From contig NW_025215212.1 of assembly GCF_004010195.1 (NCBI RefSeq), forward strand, positions 52,780-72,779: a stretch of DNA of 20,000 nt. Reading direction: 5' to 3'. The translations under genes were made by a program, and so were the position numbers. Positions 1-10,664 of the stretch are shown in pieces; the stretch's first letter is position 1, and each line of letters starts with the position of its first letter. Origin of the DNA: Chiloscyllium plagiosum (lineage: Eukaryota). Below the pieces are notes generated by a model, which was not told the DNA's origin, ran no database searches, and saw only the letters and a list, made by a program, of their open reading frames with translations.

Positions 1-19
1 CAAGGCAGTTTTAATGATT

Positions 20-130
20 TCTAGTTGAGGGATACTTATTGGATGGGAAATAGGGGGGAATCTATCCAGCTCTTTTTGTTAATCGTGGCTGTGGGATCAT
101 TTACACTGACCTGAGAGGGTACAGAGGATA
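20..130 (+). mobile_element. Degenerate SINE fragment, possibly Deu-domain (SacSINE1/AmnSINE-like)
   Basis: tgtgggatcatttacactgacctgagaggg resembles the recalled Deu-domain core (atgggatcttttacatccacctgagaggg); highly diverged. Confidence 0.3.
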
Positions 131-420
131 TTACTTCAGCACCAGCATGTCCAACTGCCCTGGACTCCACCTGTTTGGCCCCAGCTACAAAAACTCGTTC
201 AAGGCAGACAGACAAACCCTATACTGTCCAAAGCTGTGGACCTCGTTGTGTGGCAGGGCTGACACTAGGAGACTCTCTTATTGCTGAGAAAGCCCATTTC
301 CGTTCTGTTCACCATCATAGGTGCAGCCTGTGGTTTGATTTTGCCGATTAAAAGACAGTTTTCTTGATGAAAAAAGACTTGAGATGACATTTAAATCTAA
401 TATTTAGGAAAATGTCATCC

Positions 421-452
421 CCTGATTTACTTTTTTTTCTGTCTCTCCGCAG
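421..452 (+). promoter_or_regulatory. Strong 3' splice acceptor
   Basis: ctgat branch-like motif, tract ttttttttctgtctctccg, then CAG ending at 452. Confidence 0.5.
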
Positions 453-494
453 GTAATCAATGAGACCAGTGCAGAACGCAAGGAGATGCCATGA
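453..494 (+). CDS. Candidate terminal coding exon (VINETSAERKEMP*), gene unknown
   Basis: Follows the acceptor; phase-0 frame stops at TGA 492-494; about 800 bp of repeat-free AT-rich sequence and AATAAA at 1307-1312 follow. Confidence 0.25.
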   Translation, partial: VINETSAERKEMP

Positions 495-2100
495 GGGGAT
501 TAGGTCTGGCCTAGTGGAGTGAGCAGCCTCGTGGTAAATGTAGAGTGGGCTGCTGTAGCCGTTTCTGGAGTAGGTAACAGAAAGTAGGAAGTGGGATCCT
601 GGGATAGTGTAGCACTTCGACAGTAAAAGTGGACAAAACTTCATTAAGATACACATTTAACAAACTTAAGCTTGAAAAGTATTGTATTTACAACTATGAG
701 GAAGTTGACTTGACTTAACTTGGGGTGGTTTAGATGGAATCTCTAGTATTGTAACAGTCAGCGTTTCAAGTTTCTTCTCATCCTTAACAATTGTAAACAG
801 CTCGATTTACCTGAATATTGTGTTTGCTACTGGCATTACTTTAGAATTTTGATTTTTAAAAATGAGAAAAGACCCTCAGTCCCAGTACCACACAGTGACT
901 GAGGTGAAGTCCTGTACACAGAGTGAGGGAATACTCACCATCTCCTTTTTCGATATATAATTAAAGTTTTAACTTTTGATTTTGATCCAGCCTCTCACTG
1001 GTTAAATAGTAGGATTAACAAACCAGCACCCTTCACTATCCGGTGATAGTTTGGGACCAAGCTTATGTGCAAGAACAACAGACAGCAGCACAAATTAATT
1101 CTGACAACTGAATCTCCTACTCGGATCAAATTGATGTCTGCATGTGACAGCACCTTTTTTCACTAAACACTGAGGTTTTTTTTTCCGAACTTGCGTGACT
1201 CCAGTAATAAGCTAACTGCCTTCTGTGTGAAGCCTCTTTGTGGCTGTCTTTTGTGCTCACTGCCTCTGTCTAAAAAGCTCTTTGCTTTTTCTAATGCAAA
1301 GGTAACAATAAAAGGCTTTTAAATCATTGGAGTTTTTCAATTCATCAGCTAACTGCGTATCTGGGTCGGATTGATTATGGGTGACTATTTTGGGTTCATG
1401 GATTCTTGGATTCATTGGTTTAATTCCTGATCTCCCTCAATTGCAGTGCTCAGGTTTGTACTCAGAGAAGCTGCCTCACCCTATCACATTTCCAATTACA
1501 GATAACATTTCTCACCTATAAATAACGTCAACTTATTTATTCCTGAGGAAATGCTGTTGGTTACTGATGGATCTGTTAAGGGTGTTGTTTTTCAGTGGCT
1601 CCCTCAGAGTTCCATGTTGGACAATCTCTCTCAAAACTGGCTTTCTCCCTGATAGTGTTACAGCTTTTTGTCCTGTCTCTGTCGATTGGTCTCTGGTCTT
1701 TCTCTTCCATATTGCCTTGCTAAGTCTTTCTGTCTGGACTCTTATCCAATGAATTCTTATCCCTCTCTGTCTCCAATCATCTTCAAACCTGTGCTGATCA
1801 TTCCCTGATCAGGTTTCCCTTGACCAATCTGCCGAACGTGAAGCTCCTTAAACCCACTGTTGTTCAATTCCCTATTCCCAAGTCTTTCAAGTTGCTTTTC
1901 CGTTTACATTTGGTTTTTCCCTTCCTACAGCAAACATGTTTGCACTGTGGTATGTTTGATAACGTTTAATAGAATCTTCCATAATCCCACTACTTCTGTT
2001 TAAATTATGCCCTGTTTCTAGGTTTATCCCACTTTATTAAAAATGTCTCTTGGTGGTATAATAGTTAAATGGTAAAACCTTTCTTAACAGCCTAATGCTC

Positions 2101-2242
2101 ATCGAATCATTGAATCCTTACAGTGTGGAAGCAACCCATTGAGTCCACGCCAACCCTCTGAAAACCATCCCATCCAGACCCATACCTTGACCCTATCCTT
2201 GTAACCCTGCATTTCCCATGGCTAATCCACCTTGCCTGCACA
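2101..2242 (-). mobile_element. 3' half of an HE1-like SINE
   Basis: Similar to the 3' half of the copy at 14727-15049 (ttacagtgtggaa..gtccac..catggctaatccacct). Confidence 0.7.
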
Positions 2243-2599
2243 GCCCATTTAACAACTCAAATTCACAAGGTAGTTCCTCTTTGTGGCCTGGCTAGTTTGA
2301 GGTTATACCCAATTTGTGCCACATACCATTTCTAGTACCATATCTGTGGATTTATAAATCCTCTACCACTTTGGTCTGTCGGTGTGTTTCATTGCTCAGT
2401 GCTGCAATGTTTAAAACTGACCAGGTATTTGTTAAAGTGCAATGTAAGATTAGGGAGTGGTGGTGAATTCTTTGTGATGTTGGTATGTCAAATCACAAAC
2501 TGCTTTCTCTAGATCACTTTAATCATTAATAACGCAACTAGCTGAATATGTATTAAAAACTGATGTAGACCTTGCCTCCAGCAAGTCACATTCCATGAG

Positions 2600-2920
2600 T
2601 GCAGATTATGATATCCACCATAACAAAACTCTGGTGCGGCCGCACTTGGAGTATTGTGTACAGTTCTGGTCACCGCATTATAGGAGGATGTGGAAGCTTT
2701 GGAAAGGGTTCATGGGGGATTTACTAGGATGTTGTCTGGTATAGAGGGAAGGTCTTACGAGGAAAGGCTGAGGGACTTGTGGCTGTTTTTGTTAGAGAGA
2801 AGAAGGTGACTTAATAGAGACATATAAGATAATCAGAGGGTTAGATAGAGTGGACAGGGAGAGCCTTTTTCCAAGTATGGTGACGGTGAGCACGANNNNC
2901 TATGTTCTATATTCTATAAC
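2600..2920 (+). mobile_element. CR1-type LINE ORF2 C-terminal fragment, with 4-N gap at 2896-2899
   Basis: Reads KTLVRPHLEYCVQFWSPHYR, typical of the CR1 ORF2 C-terminus; ctatgttctat tail after the gap. Confidence 0.9.
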
Positions 2921-3073
2921 ATAAGAAACAAGGCATGGGAAATGTGGTATTGAACGATCCAACCGATGTAAATTACAGCTGAGTATTGCATACAATTATC
3001 ACATTCACAAACACAACTGTCAGGCCCACGTTAAGCTATCCTGTTCCAAACAGCAGCACACTTCCATCAATGT

Positions 3074-3290
3074 CGAAGAGTGTGTTGCTGGAAAAGCGCA
3101 GCCATTCAGGCAGCATCCGAGGAGCAGGAGAATTGATGTTTCAGACATAAACCCATCGATTCTCCTGTCTTGGTCAAGGGCTTATGCCTGAAACGTCGAC
3201 TCTCCTGCTCCTCGGATGCTGCCTGACCTGCTGTGCTTTTCCAGCACCACACTCTTTGACTCTGACTCTCCAGCATCTGCAGTGCTCACT
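3074..3290 (+). mobile_element. PLE family A terminus with inverted arm
   Basis: Arms about 3072-3153 and 3178-3260 are reverse complements; TSD cacttccatcaatgt 3059-3073 / cacttccgtcaatgt 3287-3301. Confidence 0.85.
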
Positions 3291-3417
3291 TCCGTCAATG
3301 TGCCATGTCTCATACTCCCCAGCAAACTGACATCTGATACATTAATATCCTAAATGCACATGCTATGTCACAGTTAGAATACCATTGGTGAGGTGATCAT
3401 GACATGTGACTTAACAA

Positions 3418-3703
3418 GGTTGAGTCCGAAACTAGAGGGCATAGGCTTCAGGTGAGAAGAAAAAGGGACCCAAAGGGGCAACCTTTTCACACAGAGGGTG
3501 GTGTGTGTGTGGAATGAGCTGCCAGAAGAGGTAGTAAGGCTAGTACAATTACAGCATTTAAAAGGTTTCTGGATGGGGACATGAATTGGAAGGGTTTAGA
3601 AGTAGATGGGGTCAAATGGGACTAGATTAGTTTAGGATATCTAATCAGCTTGGACGGGTTGGACTGAAGGGTCTGTTTCTGTGCTGTACATCTCTATGAC
3701 TCG
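3418..3703 (+). mobile_element. CR1-type LINE 3' end
   Basis: actagagggcatagg...gggtctgtttctgtgctgtacatctctatgactc; close paralogue of 11360-11702. Confidence 0.9.
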
Positions 3704-3771
3704 ATAAGATCAGCTTCATTTCAAGTAAATAAAATTATCCAGCTGTCTTTGGGGAGTCCACAATTTGTAAT

Positions 3772-3910
3772 GATGTGGAGACGCCGGTGTTGGACTGAGG
3801 TGGACAAAGTTAAAAATCACCCAACACCAGGTTATAGTCCAACAGATTTATTTGGAAGCGCTAGCTTTTGGTGGACTATGGCCTGGTGTTGTGTGACGTT
3901 TAACTTTGTA
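3772..3910 (-). mobile_element. PLE family B terminus with inverted arm
   Basis: Arms 3800-3841 and 3872-3913; TSD cacaatttgtaa 3759-3770 / cacaatctgtaa 3911-3922; homologous to 19055-19148. Confidence 0.75.
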
Positions 3911-4033
3911 CACAATCTGTAAGGTCTTCCCTTCACAGAGTGCCTTCACACAGAAAGAATTACTCAACAAGGTGCAGTTAGGATTCTGTTCCAAATCTTA
4001 AAATATTTCTCCATTGCCAGTTGCAATGAAACA

Positions 4034-4320
4034 CTCACAGCGCCAGGGATCCAGGTTCAATTCCCGCCTCAGGTGACTGACTGTGTGGAGTTTGCACGTT
4101 CTCCCCGTGTCTGCGTGGGTTTCCTCCGGGTGCTCCGGTTTCCTCCCACAGTCCAAAGATGTGCAGGTGAATTGGCCATGCTAAATTGCCCGTAGTGTTA
4201 GGTGTGTTTAGTCAGGGGTAATTGTAGGGGAATGGGTCTGGGTGGGTTGCGCTTCGGCGGGTCGGTGTGGACTTGCTGGGCTCAAGGGCCTGTTTCCACA
4301 CTGTAAGTAATCTAATCTAA
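4034..4320 (+). mobile_element. HE1-like V-SINE, 5'-truncated
   Basis: B-box ggttcaattccc; V-core tgtgtggagtttgcacgttctccccgtgtctgcgtgggtttcctccgggtgctccggtttcctccca; (taatc)n tail. Confidence 0.92.
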
Positions 4321-4332
4321 ACTCACAACTAA

Positions 4333-4432
4333 GGGACTCTTGTGCAGTGGTAGTGTCCCAGGAGGCGCGAGTTCAAGTCCCACCCATTCCAGGGGTGTGT
4401 AATAACATTTCTGAACAAGTTGATTTGAAATG
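4333..4432 (+). mobile_element. Short tRNA-derived SINE head
   Basis: A-box-like tgcagtggtag and B-box gagttcaagtcc; no intact cloverleaf. Confidence 0.5.
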
Positions 4433-4786
4433 ATCAACATTCAAAGCTGGCTCAGTTCAGTGGAAGGGGAGTGCATGTTTCTGTTGGCCAGGGTGGTGGT
4501 GGTGGGGGGGGGGGGAGGCGGGGAGCCTTTGTGAAATGAGTTTATAGCAGACCATTCCACAGTACTGCCCTTTGACGAGCATGAAAGTTCATTGGAATGT
4601 CTCCTCTTCCTGGCAGTAACATCGAAGAGCAAGAGCCAGCTCCCAGTTCCACATCAGCACAAATAAACATTCAGCACAGACTGGAAAAGCAGAAACTATA
4701 CCAATACTCAGCCAGCTGTAGAAATGGAAATGGAATTAGCAGCTTGAGTTAATGTTGTCTAATCAGCTCCGATGCAGAGTCACCAC

Positions 4787-4855
4787 TGTGAAACATTAAC
4801 TCCATTTATCTCTCAACAGATGTCTCCTGACCTGCTGAATATTTCCATCTTTATT
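4787..4855 (+). mobile_element. Degenerate PLE family C terminus
   Basis: gaaacattaactcc..acagatg..ctgacctgctgaatatttcca resembles the reverse complement of 19887-19960. Confidence 0.55.
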
Positions 4856-5159
4856 CTGAGCTTTATATATTACACGGGAATTCCACACTAATTCCAAATT
4901 GAACCCATTTGAAACCATCCAACTAAGGTGTGTTTCATTCACAAAATGGTCCTGCAGTTAAACAGTGAAATCAGTGATCCCAGCCGTGTCATCAGCATCA
5001 CAATTTTACGATGGAGCAGGAGGGAGAGAAGATTCAGGCCCTCAAGCCTGTTCTAGCATTCAATGAGATTGTGGCAGATCTGAATTTAACTCCAGTTTTC
5101 TGCCTTTGTAAAAGGATGACAATATTAATCCTGGATAGGAAAGGTTTAGAAGGATATGG

Positions 5160-5309
5160 GCTGAAAATGTGTTGCTGATTCCTGAAGAAGGGCTTATGCC
5201 CGAAACATCGATTCTCCTGTTCCCTGGATGCTGCCTGACCTGCTGCGCTTTTCCAGCAACACATTTTCAGCTCTGATCTCCAGCATCTGCAGCCCTCACT
5301 TTCTCCTCC
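5160..5309 (+). mobile_element. PLE family A terminus with hammerhead motif and short inverted arm
   Basis: Perfect 14-bp TSD ttagaaggatatgg 5146-5159 / 5310-5323; 5160-5177 is the exact reverse complement of 5254-5271. Confidence 0.9.
5182..5209 (+). ncRNA. Putative minimal hammerhead ribozyme
   Basis: CUGAAGA-a-GGGC-uuau-GCCC-GAAAC-AUC. Confidence 0.65.
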
Positions 5310-5489
5310 TTAGAAGGATATGGACCAAGTGCAGGGAAATGGGGTTAGAGTGGGTGGACATTTTGGCCAACATAGACCAGTTTGGGTCAAAGGGCCTGTC
5401 TCTGTGCTGTCGGACTCTATAACTCAACACAAACCTAGTGACCTTATTTTTGAATTTTATACTTGAACTTCACATTTAATGGTTTTCTT

Positions 5490-5672
5490 CAGTTTTCTGT
5501 GGGATGTGAGTGTGACTGGCTGGATCAATGTTTATTGCCCTGGACAAGGTGGTGGTGAACTGTCTCCTTGCACCACTGCATTGTGGGTACACAGAGATTG
5601 AGCCATTAGGGAGGGACTTCCAGCACTTGGACCCAATGGCAGTGGAGAAACAACGATGTATTTCCTTGTCAG
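5490..5672 (-). mobile_element. Old 3' end of a second CR1/L2-group LINE family
   Basis: Homologous to 17366-17555 and to the reverse complement of about 9900-10150. Confidence 0.7.
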
Positions 5673-5679
5673 GAGAAAG

Positions 5680-5855
5680 TATCTGATGTTCACTCCTCCT
5701 TGTGTGAAGAAAGCCTTCCTGATGTCACTCCAAATGATTTAACTCGAACTTTAAGCTTAAACCACCTTGTTCTGGAGTCTATGTTGTGAGATTTCTCTCC
5801 ATTTAAATTATCTCAGAACCTTAAACAGTTCAATTAGTTCAACCCTTAAACATTA
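5680..5855 (-). mobile_element. Old CR1 fragment
   Basis: ccttgtgtgaagaaagccttcctga..cttgttctggagtc resembles 12530-12615. Confidence 0.55.
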
Positions 5856-6435
5856 ATCGTCATCTGTGTGCAGCCATGGCCAAAAGGTTATGACATTGGG
5901 TCAGTCTTCCATTGGCGTCTCCTGTCTATAGTTAAATCCAATACTTCTTGTCCTGCCTGGTTTGAAACGGTGCGTGCGGAGTTAATGGGGAATGAGTCAC
6001 ATGGATCCTGTCCATCACCTTCCTGTATCGCATCCTGGCCTGGTTTCTTGGCCAGGCTTGCTACTGCCTGCCAGGGGCTGGAGAAGGTGGCAGGTGCCAA
6101 GTCAACCTCATGTGTTATGGAACTTGTGCCCATGCTGTTGGTGTCATTCTTACCCAGATGGTAGTCATCAGGCCAAGCGTGTTAACTAGCTCCCAACCTT
6201 TAACAGGCAAAGGACTAACGGCTCTGTGTGTATCACTGTGGTGCCAGCTCTGGTCCTTTCTCACCTGAGCACAGGGATGGAGGAGCTTTGTCTAAAATAG
6301 TTCAACAGATTGTAGCGGTAACAACTTGTTGTGAGAATAAAATCTGTGCCAAAGAATTGGTAAGGAGCGAAAGAATAACATTTATCCGTTTGAGCAACTG
6401 AAGCCTGTCTGAATAAAAAAAACTTCTCTATTGGT

Positions 6436-6607
6436 CAAGATTAGAGTGGTGCTGGAAAAGCACAGCAGCGTCCGAGGAGCAGGAAAATCGATGTTCCGGG
6501 CAAAAGCAATGAAGGGATTTTCCTGCTCCTCGGATGCTGCTGTGCTTTTCCAGCACCACTCTAAGCTAGACTCTGATCTCCAGCATTTGCAGGCCTCACT
6601 TTCGCCT
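6436..6607 (+). mobile_element. PLE family A variant with inverted arm
   Basis: Arms 6434-6489 and 6516-6571; TSD cttctctattggt 6423-6435 / cttctctgttggt 6608-6620. Confidence 0.85.
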
Positions 6608-6879
6608 CTTCTCTGTTGGTGCCCTACCTCCATGTAGCAGCTGGTGATGAAGCCTGGCTTCTAAGGCTTCCGACCTAGTGTCAGCTCCCAGACGGCACTG
6701 TTCGACCGTCCATTTGTCACAGTGTTTGGGCCATTCCTACAGCCCCTGACAACATAGTGGAACCCAGGCCCTTATTCTCCCTTCCAACCCTCCTCCCTGC
6801 TCCTGCATGGTGGCTTTAATGTTTGAAGGTAACATCTGGAAATAGGAACTGAGCCCATGCTCACCTTGGGTAATCTACA

Positions 6880-6908
6880 GGAGAAAGTGAGGATGGCAGA
6901 TGCTGGAT
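6880..6908 (-). mobile_element. Isolated PLE family A tail
   Basis: ggagaaagtgaggatggcagatgctgga matches only the tail seen at 7484 and 15562. Confidence 0.6.
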
Positions 6909-6991
6909 GATGTATAACCCACTATCACCCTCCCTATTCAATCGCAGACTCCACCAATCAGGGTGTCTGAAGTAATTTCTTCCTCCCAAAG

Positions 6992-7285
6992 GAAATTCTG
7001 CAAAATCTTTGAACGCCTGTTCAACCATCTAAATTATGTTGGGCATTGGCAACCAATTGCCTCCTTTGACCAGGAACTACAGTGTCTGCAGCTGGAACAG
7101 CCACAAGACCCAGTTCTTGCAGCCATTGTCAAAATGACCTCACCACTGGAGGCCTTTCTGCCCGTCAAGCCTGTGCTGGTCCAAGCTCTTCAATTCAAGC
7201 TGCCCATCCACAGCCCACTTCCTTTCTTATTCCCTGTGCCTTTTCACATCCTCACTGCTGATCTAAGTCCCTTTTATATGCTGAG
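6992..7285 (+). CDS. Candidate internal exon (KFCKIFERLFNHLNY...LSPFYML), unknown protein
   Basis: ttcttcctcccaaAG acceptor, AG|GTAAAG donor, 294 nt open, phase 2-2, unique sequence; no recognised homology. Confidence 0.3.
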
Positions 7286-7483
7286 GTAAAGTTGGTGATC
7301 AGTACAGAAAACAGTCCAATTTTCCATCCATTGAAAGTGAGGTGAAAATTGGGAGCTATCTATAATAGATATCCTGCTCTCCACTTTAATTCATCACCCA
7401 GGTGGGAAACTGAAAACCTACCTAATTCTCTGCTTTGAAAGACAGACTTGGTGCATTTCCTAAAGTTTTCGTTACCTGAGGCT

Positions 7484-7745
7484 GGGAGAAAGTGAGGACT
7501 GAAGATGCTGGAGGTCAGAGTCAAGAGTGTGTTGCTGGAAGAGCGCAGCAGGTCAGGCAGCATCCGAGGAGCAGGAGAAGGGCATAAGCCCTTCATCAGG
7601 AATGTTGCAGGGGAAAGGGGGCTGAGAGATAAATGGGGTGGGGGGAGGGTAGGTGGGATGGCGATAGGTGGGCGAAGATAGGAGGTGATGGTGAAAGGTC
7701 AGTGGGAAGTGTGGTGCAGGTGGGTGGGAAGGTAAGTCAGGTGCC
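7484..7745 (-). mobile_element. PLE family A 3' end with longer pyrimidine-rich upstream region
   Basis: Same terminus as 15562-15690; the GAAAC half of the hammerhead is deleted (ggagaa|gggcataagccc). Confidence 0.85.
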
Positions 7746-7806
7746 CAGTCTGCACCGTCTAGTTGCTGATGCATGAGCCAATGGATCCCATCTTTTACAC
7801 CCTCAG

Positions 7807-7920
7807 CTCTCAAAGCAGTTTGGAATTCTGAGAGCCTCGATTAGATTCCATGCTAACCGTCTGTACAGCAGGGGAGGGGAGGGAGCTCGAATCCCGGGCT
7901 TTCAATCCCGGCATCATCTA
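7807..7920 (+). CDS. Candidate exon (LSKQFGILRASIRFHANRLYSRGGEGARIPGFQSRHHL)
   Basis: tcttttacaccctcAG acceptor, GTGAGT donor, 114 nt open, phase 0-0. Confidence 0.35.
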
Positions 7921-7998
7921 GTGAGTCCTCATTGGCTGCTTCCCACAGCTATCGCTGACCAGACCTGACCACCATACCTCAGGGAGAGTCCAAACGTT

Positions 7999-8205
7999 GA
8001 GTCAAAGAGTCATTCAGCACAGAAAAGGCCCTACAGCCCATCAAGTCTGCACTATCTTGCACTGAGAACCTTAGAAATCTACATGACAGGGGAAGGCCAT
8101 TCAGCCCCATGCCCATGCTGTACGCCCATTGCCCTGTAGCTTCTAGTGCTCCAAAATATTCATTCCATTTTCCTTTCACAAATCTAATTGTCTCTGCTCC
8201 CCAAA
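7999..8205 (-). mobile_element. Two degenerate CR1-type 3' tails
   Basis: gagtcattcagcacagaaaaggccct and aggccattcagccc motifs, as at 12312-12360. Confidence 0.55.
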
Positions 8206-8268
8206 GCAGTCCAGTAGTTGTCAGACTTTTGGCACTCAGACGTACAATTATTTGACTTTCAAGAGCCT

Positions 8269-8535
8269 CATAGAACATAAAATGTTACAGTGCAGTACAG
8301 ACGTAGCGCTGACCTGTGAAATTAATCTGACACCCAGCTAACCTACTCTGTTCCATTATTGTGTGTGTCCAATGCCCATTTAAATCTCCTTAATGTTGGT
8401 GAGTCTACTACCGCTGCAGGCAGGCAGTTCCACACGCCGACTACTCTCTGAGTGAAGAAACTACCCCTGACATCTGTCCTAAATCTATCACCCCTCAATT
8501 TAAAGCTATGTTCCCTCATGTTAGCCTCATTCTAC
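8269..8535 (-). mobile_element. CR1-type LINE 3' end (different subfamily)
   Basis: catagaacata..ttccacacgcc..actctctgagtgaagaaactacccctgacatctgtcctaaatct. Confidence 0.8.
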
Positions 8536-8625
8536 CTCCACCTCAATGCTTGCACTCCATGGACATAACAGGGCAGTGCAGCCTGGCAGCTTGCACTGGC
8601 AATCGATCAGCCAAGGGAGTGGGAT

Positions 8626-9015
8626 ATGCACAAACACAGACAGTCAGGCACATATACACACACACGCACGCGTGCCCACACATACGCACAAACACAGTCA
8701 GACATATATACACACACGTGCACACAGACACACACATGCACACACACACGCACACATTCAGACATACATACACACGCACGCGTGCCCACACATAGGCACA
8801 AACACAGACAGACACATATACACACACATGCACGCATGCACACACATACGTACAAACACAGTCAGATACATATACACACATGCGCACGCGTGCACACACA
8901 CACGCACGCACACAGACACACACACAGACAGACATGCACACACAGACAGACACGCACACAGACACGCACGCACAGACAGATACGCACACACACACAGACC
9001 GCACACACACACAGA
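8626..9015. repeat. Compound (CA)n-rich repeat with about 55-bp higher-order unit
   Basis: Recurrent cacgcacgcgtgcccacacata and cacaaacacag(t/a)caga; explains the HT/CV-rich ORFs. Confidence 0.95.
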
Positions 9016-9017
9016 CC

Positions 9018-9045
9018 GGGATGGGGGTGGGGGTGGGGGTGGGGG
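9018..9045 (+). repeat. (GGGGGT)n tract, G-quadruplex-capable
   Basis: gggatgggggtgggggtgggggtggggg. Confidence 0.8.
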
Positions 9046-9689
9046 CGTCTTCTCACATTAACCAGTGAAATCTTCAGCAGTTCCTCATTGACTGCAGTGT
9101 ATGTGCAGATGCCCTGAGGCCCTGGAGGGTGCACCAACAATGCAAGACTCTCATTTCACTTTCTTTATCACAAAAGAACAGCATGTTATTGCATTTCATT
9201 AATGGCTTCCTGTAACTTTCCCCGATATTCACCTCGTGGTGGGGCAGACGCACATCACTGACAGTGCTCAGGAAGCAAACTATTAAGTTTGTTCCTGGAT
9301 CCTGGGGAGGGGGAGGTAAGGTACAATTGAGGGATGCAGCAATAGGAAGGTTGGGGGATGATCCACTCCTTCCCTATCCTCAAACCCTCTTTTCCACTCC
9401 CCTCCTGCTCTCACTCACCTGCTGCTGCTGGTCCTCCACAGAAGGAGGTGAGGCTGGGGTCTCAGTGGCCCTCCAGCCTGCAGGCTAGACTAGGCCCAGT
9501 CACCAGGATGAAGGGGCACCTCTTCATTTCACCATCACTGACATTAGTGACACCCTCAGCACTTCCACACCTCGCAGTGTTCTGATCGCAGCTCATGGCA
9601 ATCCTGGACACGTGAGATCCGAGAACAAAATCTGATCGATCATCTGCTTCATTTTTGCAGCGGTTTGATGAGGAGGTCAGTGACAAAAA

Positions 9690-10157
9690 TACTGACAAAG
9701 CTCGACACCATCCAAGAACAAAGCAGCCGCTTGATTGGCACCACATCCACAAACACCCACTCCCTCTATCACCCACGCTCAGTGGCAGCAGGGTGTACCA
9801 TCTACAAGGTGCACTGCAGAAATTCACCAAAGGTGCTCAGACAGCACCTTTCAAACCCACCACCACTTCCATCTAAAAGGACAAGGGCAGCAGATACATG
9901 GGAACACCACCCTCTGCGAGTTACCCTCCGAGCCCTCACCATCCTGACTTGGAAATGTATCGCTGTTCCTCCACTGTCGCTGGGTCAAAATCCTGGGATT
10001 CTTTCCCTAAGGGGCAATGTGGGTCAAAGCACAGCACATGGACGGCAGCGGTTCAAGAAGGCAGCTCACCCCCACCTTCTCAAGGGGCATCTAGGGATGG
10101 GGCAATAAACACTGGGCCCAGCCAGGGACACCCACATTTCATAAATGAAGAAGAAGA
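9690..10157 (+). mobile_element. 3' end of the second CR1/L2-group LINE family
   Basis: Reads KLDTIQEQSSRLIG..SLYHPRSVAAGCTIYKVHC; homologous to minus-strand 17366-17780. Confidence 0.85.
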
Positions 10158-10507
10158 AAGATCAATATGATCAAAGTTTGTGAGAAGATTTGTAGCTCGG
10201 GTGCTCGTCGAGCTCCCGAGAACATCTCAGAACTGACAGCCAGACTACTGCGACCACTAGGACTTATAACAGCACACAAACCAACAGCCACCCTCAGACA
10301 ACAACTCACCAAAACGAAGGACCCGAAACCCAGCATGAGCAAAACTAATGTAGTGTACAAAATCCCATGCAAGGACTGCACAAAACACTATATAGGACAA
10401 ACAGGAAGACAGCTAACGATCCGCAGCCACGAACACCAACTAGCCACGAAACGACATGACCAGCTATCCCTAGTAGCCACACACGCAGACAACAAGCAAC
10501 ATGAATT

Positions 10508-10635
10508 NNNNNNNNNNNNNNNNNNNNNNNNNNNNNNNNNNNNNNNNNNNNNNNNNNNNNNNNNNNNNNNNNNNNNNNNNNNNNNNNNNNNNNNNNNNNN
10601 NNNNNNNNNNNNNNNNNNNNNNNNNNNNNNNNNNN
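10508..10635. other. Assembly gap (128 N)
   Basis: Run of N. Confidence 1.
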
Positions 10636-10664
10636 GATGTCACCTAGACAGGGGACGAAACGTT
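10636..10664 (+). ncRNA. Putative hammerhead, 5' core hidden in the N-gap
   Basis: ..GA-u-GUC-a-CCU-agac-AGG-g-GAC-GAAACGUU. Confidence 0.55.

Larger units (their letters stand above)
5130..5425 (+). mobile_element. CR1 3' end interrupted by a PLE insertion
   Basis: ggataggaaaggtttagaaggatatgg..ccaagtgcagg..gggcctgtctctgtgctgt..actctat; contiguous once 5160-5323 is removed. Confidence 0.85.

Noticed and set aside
3074..3290. MITE or pre-miRNA interpretation of the hairpin elements
   Set aside because: Arms are asymmetric, vary in length and leave an unpaired tail; copies without a second arm exist (7484, 18724), which fits PLE inversion better
5034..5422. MCCWKSAAGQAAS and MLPDLLRFSS ORFs (also near 6382, 7360, 15604, 18616)
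   Set aside because: Spurious frames across the non-coding PLE terminus
8508..9140. Many overlapping ORFs up to 171 aa
   Set aside because: Translations of the (CA)n/(TG)n tract
9419..9477. Minus-strand mini-exon with strong CAG|GTGAGT donor
   Set aside because: Weak acceptor tract and no consistent partner exons found
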